From NCBI RefSeq assembly GCF_988242995.1, contig NZ_OZ547043.1: DNA of 64,000 nt. The stretch is one strand, 5' to 3'. The translations under genes and the position numbers were made by a program. Positions 32,276 to 45,695 of this stretch are shown here, one piece after another. Each line of letters opens with the position of its first letter. Positions within the stretch are counted from its first letter, which is position 1. A model generated the notes under the pieces. The model was not told the DNA's origin and searched no databases. It saw only the letters and a program-made list of their open reading frames with translations.

Positions 32276-33493
32276 TTAAGATGATGAGATGGCCTCAGGT
32301 GCTTCCACCGGAGGCCGTTTTTTTAATCGCCACGTCAGTAATAACGCGATTGCGACCAGTCCCGCCGCCGCCAGATAAATCACCGGTACGCCCGCCCAGC
32401 TCATCACCAGCCCAGCCAGTGGTCCGGTCACGCCAAGCGATAAATCCATAAATACGGTGTAAGTTGCCAGCGCCGCCCCCTGATTTTGCTGCGGAACCGC
32501 TTTTACCGCCACTACACCCAATGCAGGGAACACCAGCGAAAACCCTGCCCCCGCCAGTAAGACGCCGATTTTCGCCATCCACGGCATAGTCGCCACGCCA
32601 ACCAGTAGCAGGCCGATTATCTCAACGCTAAAGCAAATCATCGCCACGTTTAAGCCGCCGATACGGTTAATACCATTAGGGAATAACAAACGCGTACCGA
32701 CAAACGCACAGCTAAACAGCGTCAACGCGAAAGCCGCACCGTCCCAACCTTTAGCGTCATAAAACAGCGTGATAAAGGTGGCGATGACGCCAAATCCGGC
32801 GGAAGCCAGTGCCAGCGCCATACCGTACAGCCAGACGCGCCCAAGCACCGCGCGAAACGGCAGCGGTTTGCCTTTACTGGCTTTTACCGTCGGACGCGGG
32901 ATCGCCAACAAAATGGCCACCAGCGCCACGCCCATAATGATTAACGATAACGCCTGCAAGCCGCCCCAGTGATAAAACACGACACCTAACGGCGCACCCA
33001 TCGCCATCGCCCCGTAAGTGACAATGCCGTTCCACGAAATCACCCGCCCGATATGCAGCGAGCCAACCACGCCAACGCCCCACAGGGTCGATCCCGTTCC
33101 GGCAAAACTTTGCCCAATCCCAAGGATGACGCGTCCCAGGCAAAGTAATAACAGGCTGATGACGGGCAGACTGGCGGTTAATCCTGCCGTCAGATATCCC
33201 AGACCGCTCAAAAAGCAGCCGCATAAACCGAAGACGACAATCTTTTTGGGTCCCAGCAAATCGGCGTAACGTCCGGCATGAGGGCGGCTCAGCAAGGTGG
33301 CGAAATATTGCAGGCTGATAACCAATCCTGCCCAGAAAGCGCTAAAGCCCATCACATCATGGACATAGCCCGGTAATACAGCGAGCGGCAACCCGATGGT
33401 GAGGTAGCTGGCGAAGTTAAACATGACAATGGAGACAATGCGCAAATTCAGGCGCAATCCGTTTAGCGCAGGTTCGGCTACGGGTTCGGGCAT
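32276..33493 (-). CDS. yhhS: MFS transporter
   Basis: Start refined to MPEPVAEPALNGLRL; 405 aa, 12-TM MFS-like. Confidence 0.9.
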   Translation of the reverse strand: MPEPVAEPALNGLRLNLRIVSIVMFNFASYLTIGLPLAVLPGYVHDVMGFSAFWAGLVISLQYFATLLSRPHAGRYADLLGPKKIVVFGLCGCFLSGLGYLTAGLTASLPVISLLLLCLGRVILGIGQSFAGTGSTLWGVGVVGSLHIGRVISWNGIVTYGAMAMGAPLGVVFYHWGGLQALSLIIMGVALVAILLAIPRPTVKASKGKPLPFRAVLGRVWLYGMALALASAGFGVIATFITLFYDAKGWDGAAFALTLFSCAFVGTRLLFPNGINRIGGLNVAMICFSVEIIGLLLVGVATMPWMAKIGVLLAGAGFSLVFPALGVVAVKAVPQQNQGAALATYTVFMDLSLGVTGPLAGLVMSWAGVPVIYLAAAGLVAIALLLTWRLKKRPPVEAPEAISSS

Positions 33494-33624
33494 GAGGATC
33501 ACCACATTTTTACAACAGTGTTTCATTTTTACCACGTGCTGACGTGAAAATCAGCATTAAGAATCAGAATATTGCTGGCGTGACTCCCGCTACACTTAAT
33601 ACAAAAAGTCACAAGGAAGCCCCA

Positions 33625-34674
33625 ATGGAAACCCCTCAACCCGATAAAACGGGCATGCACATTCTGCTCAAGCTGGCCTCGCTGGTAGTGATCCTCGCGG
33701 GCATTCACGCAGCGGCAGATATCATTGTGCAGCTGTTACTGGCGCTGTTTTTTGCCATCGTCCTCAACCCGCTCGTCACCTGGTTTATTCGTCGGGGAGT
33801 ACAACGCCCCGTTGCCATTACGATTGTGGTGGTGGTGATGCTGATCGCACTCACCGCGCTGGTCGGCGTACTGGCGGCATCGTTTAACGAATTTATCTCT
33901 ATGCTGCCGAAGTTTAATAAGGAGCTGACGCGCAAACTTTTTAAATTGCAGGAGATGTTGCCTTTTCTTAATTTACATATGTCGCCGGAGCGAATGCTGC
34001 AGCGGATGGACTCGGAAAAAGTGGTTACCTTCACCACGGCGCTAATGACCGGGCTTTCCGGGGCAATGGTGAGCGTGCTTTTGCTGGTGATGACCGTAGT
34101 TTTCATGCTGTTTGAAGTGCGCCACGTCCCTTACAAAATGCGTTTTGCGTTGAATAATCCACAGATTCACATCGCCGGACTACACCGCGCCTTAAAAGGT
34201 GTTTCGCATTATCTGGCGTTAAAGACGCTACTCAGTTTATGGACGGGTGTCATCGTCTGGCTGGGGCTGGCGCTAATGGGCGTACAGTTTGCGCTGATGT
34301 GGGCAGTACTGGCGTTTTTGCTCAACTACGTGCCCAATATCGGCGCGGTAATTTCCGCCGTACCGCCAATGGTTCAGGTGCTGCTTTTTAATGGCGTTTA
34401 CGAATGTATTCTGGTCGGCGCATTGTTTTTAGTGGTCCATATGGTCATCGGCAATATTTTAGAACCACGGATGATGGGCCATCGCCTGGGGATGTCCACC
34501 ATGGTGGTATTTCTTTCATTGTTAATTTGGGGATGGCTGCTCGGCCCGGTAGGGATGCTACTTTCGGTGCCATTAACCAGCGTGTGTAAAATCTGGATGG
34601 AAACCACCAAAGGCGGTAGCAAACTGGCGATTTTACTGGGACCAGGCAGACCGAAAAGTCGGTTACCGGGATGA
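33625..34674 (+). CDS. yhhT: AI-2E/PerM-family membrane transporter
   Basis: Start refined to METPQPDKTGMHILL; 349 aa. Confidence 0.9.
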   Translation: METPQPDKTGMHILLKLASLVVILAGIHAAADIIVQLLLALFFAIVLNPLVTWFIRRGVQRPVAITIVVVVMLIALTALVGVLAASFNEFISMLPKFNKELTRKLFKLQEMLPFLNLHMSPERMLQRMDSEKVVTFTTALMTGLSGAMVSVLLLVMTVVFMLFEVRHVPYKMRFALNNPQIHIAGLHRALKGVSHYLALKTLLSLWTGVIVWLGLALMGVQFALMWAVLAFLLNYVPNIGAVISAVPPMVQVLLFNGVYECILVGALFLVVHMVIGNILEPRMMGHRLGMSTMVVFLSLLIWGWLLGPVGMLLSVPLTSVCKIWMETTKGGSKLAILLGPGRPKSRLPG

Positions 34675-34728
34675 GGCGACAAGTGATACGATACGCACTT
34701 TCATTTTCCATTATACGTTGGCCCTGAT

Positions 34729-35316
34729 ATGTATCGGATAGTTCTGGGGAAAGTTTCGACCTTAAGCGCAGCTCCTCTGCCACCGGGTTTACGCGAGCAA
34801 GCACCGCAAGGTCCACGACGTGAACGCTGGCTGGCGGGGCGTGCATTGCTTTCGCACACGCTTTCCCCGCTACCGGAGATCATCTATGGCGAACAAGGCA
34901 AACCGGCATTCGCGCCGGAAACGCCGCTATGGTTCAACTTAAGCCATAGCGGTGACGATATCGCCCTGCTGTTGAGCGATGAAGGCGAAGTCGGCTGCGA
35001 TATCGAAGTGATTCGCCCGCGCGCCAACTGGCGCTGGCTGGCGAACGCCGTGTTCAGCCTCGGGGAACACGCTGAGATGGACGCCGTGCATCCTGATCAG
35101 CAACTGGAAATGTTCTGGCGCATCTGGACGCGCAAAGAAGCCATCGTTAAACAGCGTGGCGGCAGCGCCTGGCAAATCGTCAGCGTAGACAGCACCTATA
35201 ACTCCTCGCTGTCAGTCAGCCATTGTCAGCTGGAAAATTTAAGCCTGGCGATCTGCACCCCTACCCCCTTTACGCTCACCGCCGACAGTGTGCAATGGAT
35301 CGATTCAGTTAACTGA
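34729..35316 (+). CDS. acpT: 4'-phosphopantetheinyl transferase
   Basis: 195 aa; PPTase motifs (FNLSHSGD, WTRKEA). Confidence 0.92.
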   Translation: MYRIVLGKVSTLSAAPLPPGLREQAPQGPRRERWLAGRALLSHTLSPLPEIIYGEQGKPAFAPETPLWFNLSHSGDDIALLLSDEGEVGCDIEVIRPRANWRWLANAVFSLGEHAEMDAVHPDQQLEMFWRIWTRKEAIVKQRGGSAWQIVSVDSTYNSSLSVSHCQLENLSLAICTPTPFTLTADSVQWIDSVN

Positions 35317-35361
35317 TCCGCCCACCCGACTGCCCATCTATTGATCCAGAACAGGTAATCA

Positions 35362-35389
35362 GTATGACGAATACTTAAAATCGTCATAC
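35362..35389 (+). promoter_or_regulatory. NikR operator in the nikA promoter
   Basis: GTATGA-16 nt-TCATAC perfect dyad (gtatgacgaatacttaaaatcgtcatac) seen directly, about 40 nt upstream of nikA. Confidence 0.85.
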
Positions 35390-35426
35390 TTATTTCCGCC
35401 ATCTATTTTAATCCATTGGGGTTACC

Positions 35427-37001
35427 ATGTTCTCTACACTCCGCCGCACTCTATTTGCGCTGCTGGCTTGTGCGTCTTTTATCGTCCATGCCGCTGCACC
35501 AGATGAAATCACCACCGCCTGGCCGGTGAATGTCGGGCCACTAAACCCGCACCTTTACACGCCTAACCAGATGTTCGCCCAGAGCATGGTTTATGAACCA
35601 TTGGTGAAATATCAGGCAGACGGTTCGGTGATCCCGTGGCTGGCAAAAAGCTGGACTCATTCAGAAGATGGTAAAACCTGGACCTTCACCCTGCGTGATG
35701 ACGTGAAATTCTCCAACGGCGAACCGTTTGATGCAGAGGCGGCGGCAGAAAACTTCCGCGCAGTGCTCGATAACCGTCAACGTCACGCCTGGCTGGAGCT
35801 GGCAAACCAGATTGTTGATGTCAAAGCACTCAGTAAAACAGAGCTGCAAATCACCCTGAAAAGCGCCTACTATCCTTTCCTGCAAGAACTGGCCCTGCCG
35901 CGCCCTTTCCGTTTTATCGCCCCCTCGCAGTTTAAAAACCATGAAACCATGAACGGGATTAAAGCGCCAATTGGCACCGGGCCGTGGATTTTGCAGGAAT
36001 CGAAACTGAATCAGTACGATGTCTTCGTCCGTAACGAAAACTACTGGGGCGAAAAGCCGGCGATTAAAAAGATCACCTTTAACGTGATCCCGGACCCGAC
36101 TACCCGCGCGGTGGCGTTTGAAACTGGCGATATCGACCTGCTGTACGGAAACGAAGGGTTATTACCGCTCGATACCTTCGCCCGCTTTAGCCAGAACCCG
36201 GCTTACCACACCCAACTGTCACAGCCGATCGAAACCGTGATGCTGGCGCTCAATACCGCCAAAGCCCCCACCAACGAGCTGGCCGTACGTGAAGCTCTTA
36301 ATTACGCGGTAAACAAAAAATCGCTGATTGATAACGCGTTGTATGGCACCCAGCAGGTCGCCGACACCCTGTTTGCTCCTTCTGTGCCCTACGCCAACCT
36401 CGGCCTGAAACCGCGCCAGTACGATCCGCAGAAAGCGAAAGCGTTGCTGGAAAAAGCCGGTTGGACGCTTCCTGCGGGCAAAGACATCCGCGAGAAAAAT
36501 GGTCAGCCGCTGCGCATTGAACTGTCGTTCATCGGCACCGATGCGTTAAGCAAATCGATGGCGGAAATCATTCAGGCTGATATGCGCCAGATTGGCGCAG
36601 ATGTCTCACTGGTTGGCGAAGAAGAGAGCAGTATCTATGCTCGTCAGCGCGACGGTCGTTTTGGCATGATTTTCCATCGCACCTGGGGCGCGCCATACGA
36701 TCCACACGCCTTCCTGAGTTCAATGCGCGTACCGTCGCACGCTGATTTCCAGGCACAGCAAGGATTAGCCGACAAGCCGCTGATTGATAAAGAGATCGGC
36801 GAAGTGCTGGCAACCCATGACGAAACGCAACGTCAGGCGCTGTATCGCGACATTCTGACCCGTCTGCATGACGAGGCGGTTTATCTGCCTATCAGTTACA
36901 TCTCGATGATGGTGGTATCAAAACCGGAGCTGGGTAACATCCCCTACGCGCCGATCGCCACCGAAATTCCGTTCGAACAGATTAAACCGGTGAAACCTTA
37001 A
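35427..37001 (+). CDS. nikA: nickel ABC transporter periplasmic binding protein
   Basis: 524 aa with signal peptide; matches remembered NikA. Confidence 0.96.
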
Positions 37002-37941
37002 TGTTGCGTTACGTATTACGCCGCTTTCTGCTGCTGATCCCGATGGTGCTCGCCGCCTCGGTGATCATTTTTCTGATGCTGCGCCTCGGCACCGGCGACC
37101 CGGCGCTCGATTATCTGCGTCTGTCTAACCTGCCGCCGACGCCGGAGATGCTGGCCTCTACACGCACCATGCTGGGGCTGGATCAGCCGCTGTATGTCCA
37201 GTACGGCACCTGGTTGTGGAAGGCGCTGCATCTTGACTTTGGTATCTCATTCGCCAGCCAACGCCCGGTGCTGGACGATATGCTGAACTTCCTGCCCGCC
37301 ACGCTGGAACTTGCAGGTGCCGCGCTGGTATTAATTCTGCTCACTTCCGTACCGCTCGGTATCTGGGCGGCGCGCCATCGCGATCGTCTGCCGGATTTCG
37401 CCGTACGTTTCATCGCGTTTCTCGGCGTGTCGATGCCCAACTTCTGGCTGGCGTTTTTGCTGGTGATGGCGTTTTCGGTATATCTGCAATGGCTACCCGC
37501 GATGGGCTACGGCGGCTGGCAGCACATCATTTTGCCTGCGGTTTCCATTGCCTTTATGTCGCTGGCGATTAATGCACGGCTACTGCGCGCCAGCATGCTG
37601 GACGTCGCCGGTCAGCGTCACGTCACCTGGGCGCGGCTACGCGGCCTGAATGACAAACAGACCGAGCGTCGTCATATTCTGCGCAATGCCTCGCTGCCGA
37701 TGATCACCGCCGTGGGGATGCACATTGGCGAACTGATTGGCGGGACGATGATTATCGAAAACATCTTTGCCTGGCCGGGCGTCGGGCGCTATGCGGTGTC
37801 GGCGATTTTTAACCGTGACTATCCGGTGATCCAGTGCTTTACGCTGATGATGGTGGTGGTTTTTGTGGTCTGTAATTTGATTGTTGATTTGCTCAACGCC
37901 GCGCTGGACCCGCGCATTCGTCGTCATGAAGGAGCCCACGC

Positions 37942-37945
<4 letters not shown>
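37001..37945 (+). CDS. nikB: nickel ABC transporter permease
   Basis: 314 aa; DppB-like permease. Confidence 0.96.
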
Positions 37946-40749
<2,804 letters not shown>

Positions 40750-40947
40750 CACCTACCAACGCGCCGTTATTTCCTGACGGCGCAGTAAATTCCTGCCAAA
40801 TATCGACTCACGTCACATTTTTTTGATCACGATTTGGTCCCTCAAAATGTGAGACGCTTCGATCCTCTTTTTCTCCCGTTCACCTACTATACGCTTGAAG
40901 TTGTCCATGATTGTCCATAGACAACTGTAAATGTTCAGGTGCGCGCC

Positions 40948-41694
40948 ATGAAATCATTAAGTAAGTCGTCACAAATACCGCTCTATCAACAAGTGGTGGA
41001 GTGGATAAGAGAAAGTATTTATACCGGGGATTTGGTGGAAGACGATCGCATTCCTTCGGAATACCAGATTATGGATATGCTGGAAGTGAGTCGGGGAACC
41101 GTTAAAAAAGCAGTCGCCCAACTGGTAAAAGAAGGCGTGTTGATTCAGGTCCAGGGGAAGGGAACATTTGTCAAAAAAGAGAACGTGGCATATCCGTTAG
41201 GTGAAGGATTATTGTCATTCGCGGAATCGCTGGAAAGCCAGAAAATACACTTTACCACTGAAGTTATTACGTCACGGATTGAACCGGCTAATCGTTATGT
41301 GGCAGAGAAATTAAGAATAACGCCCGGTCAGGATATTCTTTACCTTGAGCGTTTACGTTCAATTGGTGATGAAAAAGCGATGCTGATAGAGAACCGTATC
41401 AATATTGAGCTATGCCCCGGCATCGTGGAAATCGATTTTAATCAACACAATTTATTTCCAACAATAGAAAGTTTGTCGCAAAGAAAAATTCGTTACTCGG
41501 AAAGTCGCTATGCCGCGCGATTAATTGGTAATGAACGCGGTCATTTTTTAGATATCAGTGAAGATGCACCCGTTTTGCATCTGGAGCAGTTAGTCTTTTT
41601 CTCCCGAGAGTTACCCGTTGAGTTTGGCAACGTCTGGTTAAAAGGAAATAAATATTATCTGGGTACCGTGCTGCAACGGCGGGAATTGAGTTAA
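40948..41694 (+). CDS. GntR/HutC-family transcriptional regulator (HTH + UTRA effector domain)
   Basis: ATG at 40948 with upstream AGGTG (track start 40939 is GTG); N-terminal GntR HTH (IPSEYQIMDMLEVSRGTVKKAVAQLVKEGVL...GKGTFV); not part of K-12 at this position. Confidence 0.8.
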   Translation: MKSLSKSSQIPLYQQVVEWIRESIYTGDLVEDDRIPSEYQIMDMLEVSRGTVKKAVAQLVKEGVLIQVQGKGTFVKKENVAYPLGEGLLSFAESLESQKIHFTTEVITSRIEPANRYVAEKLRITPGQDILYLERLRSIGDEKAMLIENRINIELCPGIVEIDFNQHNLFPTIESLSQRKIRYSESRYAARLIGNERGHFLDISEDAPVLHLEQLVFFSRELPVEFGNVWLKGNKYYLGTVLQRRELS

Positions 41695-41718
41695 ATACAC
41701 TTTTTTATGAGGAATAAA

Positions 41719-42192
41719 ATGCAAGGCATACAGTTTCAGGAAAATTATATTCAACGACTTCCGGCAGGGTTAAGCGTTGAACAGATCATCCGTCAGTTAG
41801 CGCAACCGTTGGTTGCTGCTGAGCTGGTGGTCCCTGATTTTGCCGATCACGTACTGAAACGTGAGGCGACGTACCCAACAGGGCTGCCTACCGAACCGCC
41901 GTGCGTCGCTATTCCGCACACGGACCATAAACATGTCAGGCACAATGCAATTGCCGTCGGCATCCTGCCGGAACCGGTAGAGTTTGCCGATATGGGCGGC
42001 GATCCTGACCCCGTACCTGTCAGGGTGATTTTTTTGCTCGCCTTAAGCGAAAGTAATAAACAATTAAATGCCCTGGGCTGGATTATGGAGATGATTCAGG
42101 ATACGCCCTTTATGCGCGCCCTGCTTACGATGGAAACAACAGAAATACACACAGTAATCTTAAACAAAATGAAAGAACGAGGTGAAATATGA
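41719..42192 (+). CDS. PTS EIIA component, galactitol (GAT) family
   Basis: GatA-like motifs (YPTGLPTEP ... VAIPHTDH); start taken at ATG after GAGGA (track start 41707). Confidence 0.75.
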   Translation: MQGIQFQENYIQRLPAGLSVEQIIRQLAQPLVAAELVVPDFADHVLKREATYPTGLPTEPPCVAIPHTDHKHVRHNAIAVGILPEPVEFADMGGDPDPVPVRVIFLLALSESNKQLNALGWIMEMIQDTPFMRALLTMETTEIHTVILNKMKERGEI

Positions 42193-42470
42193 GTCAAACC
42201 ATTTTATTTGTCTGCGCCACGGGTATTGCCACATCCACGGCGGTAACAGAAAAAGTCATGGAATATTGTAAAGAGCACGGTCTTAACGTCAATTATTCCC
42301 AAACCAACGTTGCCTCTTTACCTGGAAATACTGACGGCGTAGCACTGGTAGTCTCAACGACTAAAGTGCCTTATGAACTCGACGTCCCGGTGGTTAACGG
42401 CTTGCCGATTATTACCGGTATTGGCGAAGAGAAAGTACTGGCGCAAATTGTTTCGATCCTTAAAAAGTAA
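42189..42470 (+). CDS. PTS EIIB component, galactitol (GAT) family
   Basis: 93 aa; phosphocysteine motif near the N-terminus (ILFVCATGIATST) like GatB; 4-bp overlap with EIIA. Confidence 0.78.
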   Translation: MSQTILFVCATGIATSTAVTEKVMEYCKEHGLNVNYSQTNVASLPGNTDGVALVVSTTKVPYELDVPVVNGLPIITGIGEEKVLAQIVSILKK

Positions 42471-42546
42471 TTAATAATAATTAATTTCAACCCACTCCAT
42501 CAGGCGCTAACGCGAGGTGCGCTCTCGCCTGAAAAAGAGGTTTATT

Positions 42547-43905
42547 ATGAACGATATCGCGCATACCCTCTATAATATTGTGCAATATATATTGGGATTT
42601 GGTCCCACGGTAATGTTGCCGTTGGTGTTATTTATTCTTGCTCTCTTTTTTAAAGTAAAACCCGCTAAAGCCTTACGTTCGTCATTAACGGTCGGTATTG
42701 GTTTTGTCGGTATTTATGCCATTTTCGATATTCTTACCAGCAATGTCGGGCCAGCGGCCCAGGCGATGGTTGAACGCACCGGAATTAATTTACCGGTGGT
42801 GGATTTAGGCTGGCCGCCGCTTTCCGCTATTACATGGGGTTCGCCAATTGCCCCGTTTGTTATTCCCCTGACTATTCTGATTAACGTGGCGATGCTGGCG
42901 TTAAATAAAACCCGCACCGTTGACGTAGATATGTGGAACTACTGGCATTTTGCCCTTGCCGGTACGCTGGTTTATTACAGCACCGGCAGCCTGTTCTTTG
43001 GTTTGCTGGCAGCGGCGATTGCTGCGGTGGTAGTACTTAAACTCGCCGACTGGTCTGCGCCACTGGTACAAAAATACTTTGGCCTGGAAGGGATCTCTTT
43101 GCCGACGCTCTCTTCGGTGGTGTTCTTTCCGGTCGGTCTGTTGGTCGACAAAATCATCGACCATATCCCCGGCCTCAATCGTATTCATATCGATCCGGAA
43201 ACCGTACAGAAAAAGTTTGGCATATTCGGCGAACCGATGATGGTTGGTACTATTCTGGGCATTCTGCTCGGCGTAATTGCCGGATACGATTTCAAAAAAG
43301 TCTTGCTGCTTGGCATCAGCATTGGCGGTGTGATGTTCATCCTGCCACGCATGGTTCGCATTCTGATGGAAGGTTTATTACCGCTGTCTGAAGCCATTAA
43401 AAAGTATCTCAATGCCAAATACCCTGACCGTGACGATCTCTATATCGGCCTGGATATCGCCGTTGCCGTAGGTAACCCAGCGATTATCTCCACCGCCCTG
43501 CTGCTGACGCCAATCTCGGTCTTTATCGCGTTTGTCCTTCCGGGTAATGAAGTCCTGCCGCTTGGCGACCTTGCCAACCTGGCGGTAATGGCGTCGATGA
43601 TTGCTTTAGCCAGCCGTGGCAACATTTTCCGCACCGTTCTGGCGGCGATTCCGGTGATTATTGCCGATCTGTGGATTGCGACTAAAATCGCGCCGTTTAT
43701 TACCGGAATGGCGAAAGACGTTAATTTCAAATTTGCCGAAGGCTCCAGCGGCCAGGTCTCCAGTTTCCTTGATGGCGGTAACCCGTTCCGCTTCTGGCTG
43801 CTGGAAATCTTCAACGGCAATCTCATCGCCATTGGTCTGGTGCCGGTTATTGCCCTGGTACTGTATGGTATTTTCCGAATGACGCGGAGCACGGTTTATG
43901 CCTGA
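42547..43905 (+). CDS. PTS EIIC permease, galactitol (GAT) family
   Basis: About 452 aa polytopic membrane protein; ATG at 42547 preceded by AAGAGG (track start 42517 is GTG). Confidence 0.75.
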   Translation: MNDIAHTLYNIVQYILGFGPTVMLPLVLFILALFFKVKPAKALRSSLTVGIGFVGIYAIFDILTSNVGPAAQAMVERTGINLPVVDLGWPPLSAITWGSPIAPFVIPLTILINVAMLALNKTRTVDVDMWNYWHFALAGTLVYYSTGSLFFGLLAAAIAAVVVLKLADWSAPLVQKYFGLEGISLPTLSSVVFFPVGLLVDKIIDHIPGLNRIHIDPETVQKKFGIFGEPMMVGTILGILLGVIAGYDFKKVLLLGISIGGVMFILPRMVRILMEGLLPLSEAIKKYLNAKYPDRDDLYIGLDIAVAVGNPAIISTALLLTPISVFIAFVLPGNEVLPLGDLANLAVMASMIALASRGNIFRTVLAAIPVIIADLWIATKIAPFITGMAKDVNFKFAEGSSGQVSSFLDGGNPFRFWLLEIFNGNLIAIGLVPVIALVLYGIFRMTRSTVYA

Positions 43906-45406
43906 TAACAGCGCAGCTATCGTTATCGATATTGGCACCACCAATTGCAAAGTCACCTGCTTTTCCTGCCTGGACGCAACGACGTTGGGCGCGCATAAAT
44001 TCGTGACGGCAAAACAGATCTCCCCACAGGGCAATGTCGATTTCGATATCGACGCCCTCTGGCAGGAGGTCCGCCAGGCGATAGCGCAACTGAACGCCGC
44101 TTCGCCGCTGCCAGTCAGGCGGATAAGCATTGCCAGTTTTGGCGAGTCAGGCGTGTTCCTTGACGAGCATGGCGAGATCCTGACGCCAATGCTGGCATGG
44201 TATGACCGTCGCGGTGAAGAGTATCTGGCTACACTTAGCGAGGCAGACAGTGCGGCACTTTATGACATTTGCGGGTTACCGCTGCACAGCAATTACTCTG
44301 CCTTCAAAATGCGTTGGTTGCTGGAACATTACCCACTGCGTAATCGCCGCGGCCTGCGTTGGCTACATGCGCCGGAAGTACTGCTCTGGCGGCTGACCGG
44401 CGAACAGCGCACGGATATCACCTTAGCCAGCCGCACGCTGTGTCTGGACGTGCGCAAAGGCGCATGGTCAGTGAAAGCGGCGGCGTTGTTACACGTTCCC
44501 TGTTCAGCATTTGCGCCATTGGTGCAGCCAGGCGAACACGCCGGATGGGTCAGCGAGTCGCTCTGCAAAACGCTTGGGTTCTCGCAACCGGTCAGCGTGA
44601 CGCTGGCCGGACATGACCATATGGTGGGTGCGCGAGCGTTGCAGATGATGCCGGGCGATATCCTTAACTCGACGGGGACCACAGAAGGTATTCTGCAACT
44701 GGATACACAACCGACGCTGGATGAACAGGCCAAACGTGACAAGCTGGCAAACGGCTGTTATTCGCTTGCAAACCAGTTCACCCTGTTTGCGTCGCTGCCC
44801 GTGGGCGGTTTCGCTCTGGAGTGGCTGCGTAACACGTTCCGGCTAACCGATGAGGAGATCGCCGCATCACTTACTCGCGGACATGCGGATTACCTGGCGG
44901 GGAACTGGTCGCTCGATGACATTCCCCTCTTTATTCCACATCTTCGCGGTTCGGGTTCGCCCTATAAAAATCGCCATACTCGTGGATTATTTTATGGGCT
45001 TGGCGATACGTTAAATATCGACATGTTAATTGCCAGCGTCTCACTGGGATTAACCATGGAATTTGCCAACTGCTTCGCCTGTTTTAATGTGCCTGGCACC
45101 AGCGCGTTAAAAGTGATAGGTCCGGCAACCCAAAATCCCCTTTGGCTGCAATTAAAAGCGGATATTTTACAGCGTCCGGTTGAAGCAATTGCATTTAACG
45201 AGGCGGTTTCTGTCGGAGCATTATTAACTGCCGCACCGGATATTCCACCGCCGCAAGTTACCATAGCCCAACGTTTGTTACCGAATCGGGCGAGATACCA
45301 TCAATTACAGCGTTATCAGCACAAATGGAAAAGCTGGTATCAGTTGAAATTACAGCAAGAAGGCGTGATGCCATTACACCATCGGGAGGAGCACTATGTT
45401 GAGTAA
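43898..45406 (+). CDS. FGGY-family carbohydrate kinase
   Basis: 502 aa; N-terminal actin-fold phosphate-1 motif (AIVIDIGTTNCKV) and FGGY-type glycine-rich segments; 8-bp overlap with EIIC gene. Confidence 0.7.
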   Translation: MPDNSAAIVIDIGTTNCKVTCFSCLDATTLGAHKFVTAKQISPQGNVDFDIDALWQEVRQAIAQLNAASPLPVRRISIASFGESGVFLDEHGEILTPMLAWYDRRGEEYLATLSEADSAALYDICGLPLHSNYSAFKMRWLLEHYPLRNRRGLRWLHAPEVLLWRLTGEQRTDITLASRTLCLDVRKGAWSVKAAALLHVPCSAFAPLVQPGEHAGWVSESLCKTLGFSQPVSVTLAGHDHMVGARALQMMPGDILNSTGTTEGILQLDTQPTLDEQAKRDKLANGCYSLANQFTLFASLPVGGFALEWLRNTFRLTDEEIAASLTRGHADYLAGNWSLDDIPLFIPHLRGSGSPYKNRHTRGLFYGLGDTLNIDMLIASVSLGLTMEFANCFACFNVPGTSALKVIGPATQNPLWLQLKADILQRPVEAIAFNEAVSVGALLTAAPDIPPPQVTIAQRLLPNRARYHQLQRYQHKWKSWYQLKLQQEGVMPLHHREEHYVE

Positions 45407-45665
45407 AACCGTGGAGGTCAGAAACAGTACTGGCCTGCATGCACGTCCGGCGGCGTGTCTGGTGAAAGCCGCCAAAAAGTTTAGCTGTAAAGTGACGCTG
45501 CATTATGAGGGTAATGATATTAATGCCACCAGCATGATGAATATTATGCGCGCCGGAATAAAAGGCGGCAAAACGGTGGAAATACGCTGCGAAGGCGATG
45601 ATGAAAATGAGGCAATACAAACTCTCACTGCCTTATTTCGTGACCGCTTCGGTGAAGCTGAATAA
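45396..45665 (+). CDS. HPr-family phosphocarrier protein (operon-specific paralog)
   Basis: 89 aa; active-site His context GLHARPAA identical in pattern to HPr His15; strong SD GGGAGGAG. Confidence 0.8.
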   Translation: MLSKTVEVRNSTGLHARPAACLVKAAKKFSCKVTLHYEGNDINATSMMNIMRAGIKGGKTVEIRCEGDDENEAIQTLTALFRDRFGEAE

Positions 45666-45695
45666 TTAACTGATATTAAAAGATGAGGTTTTCAA

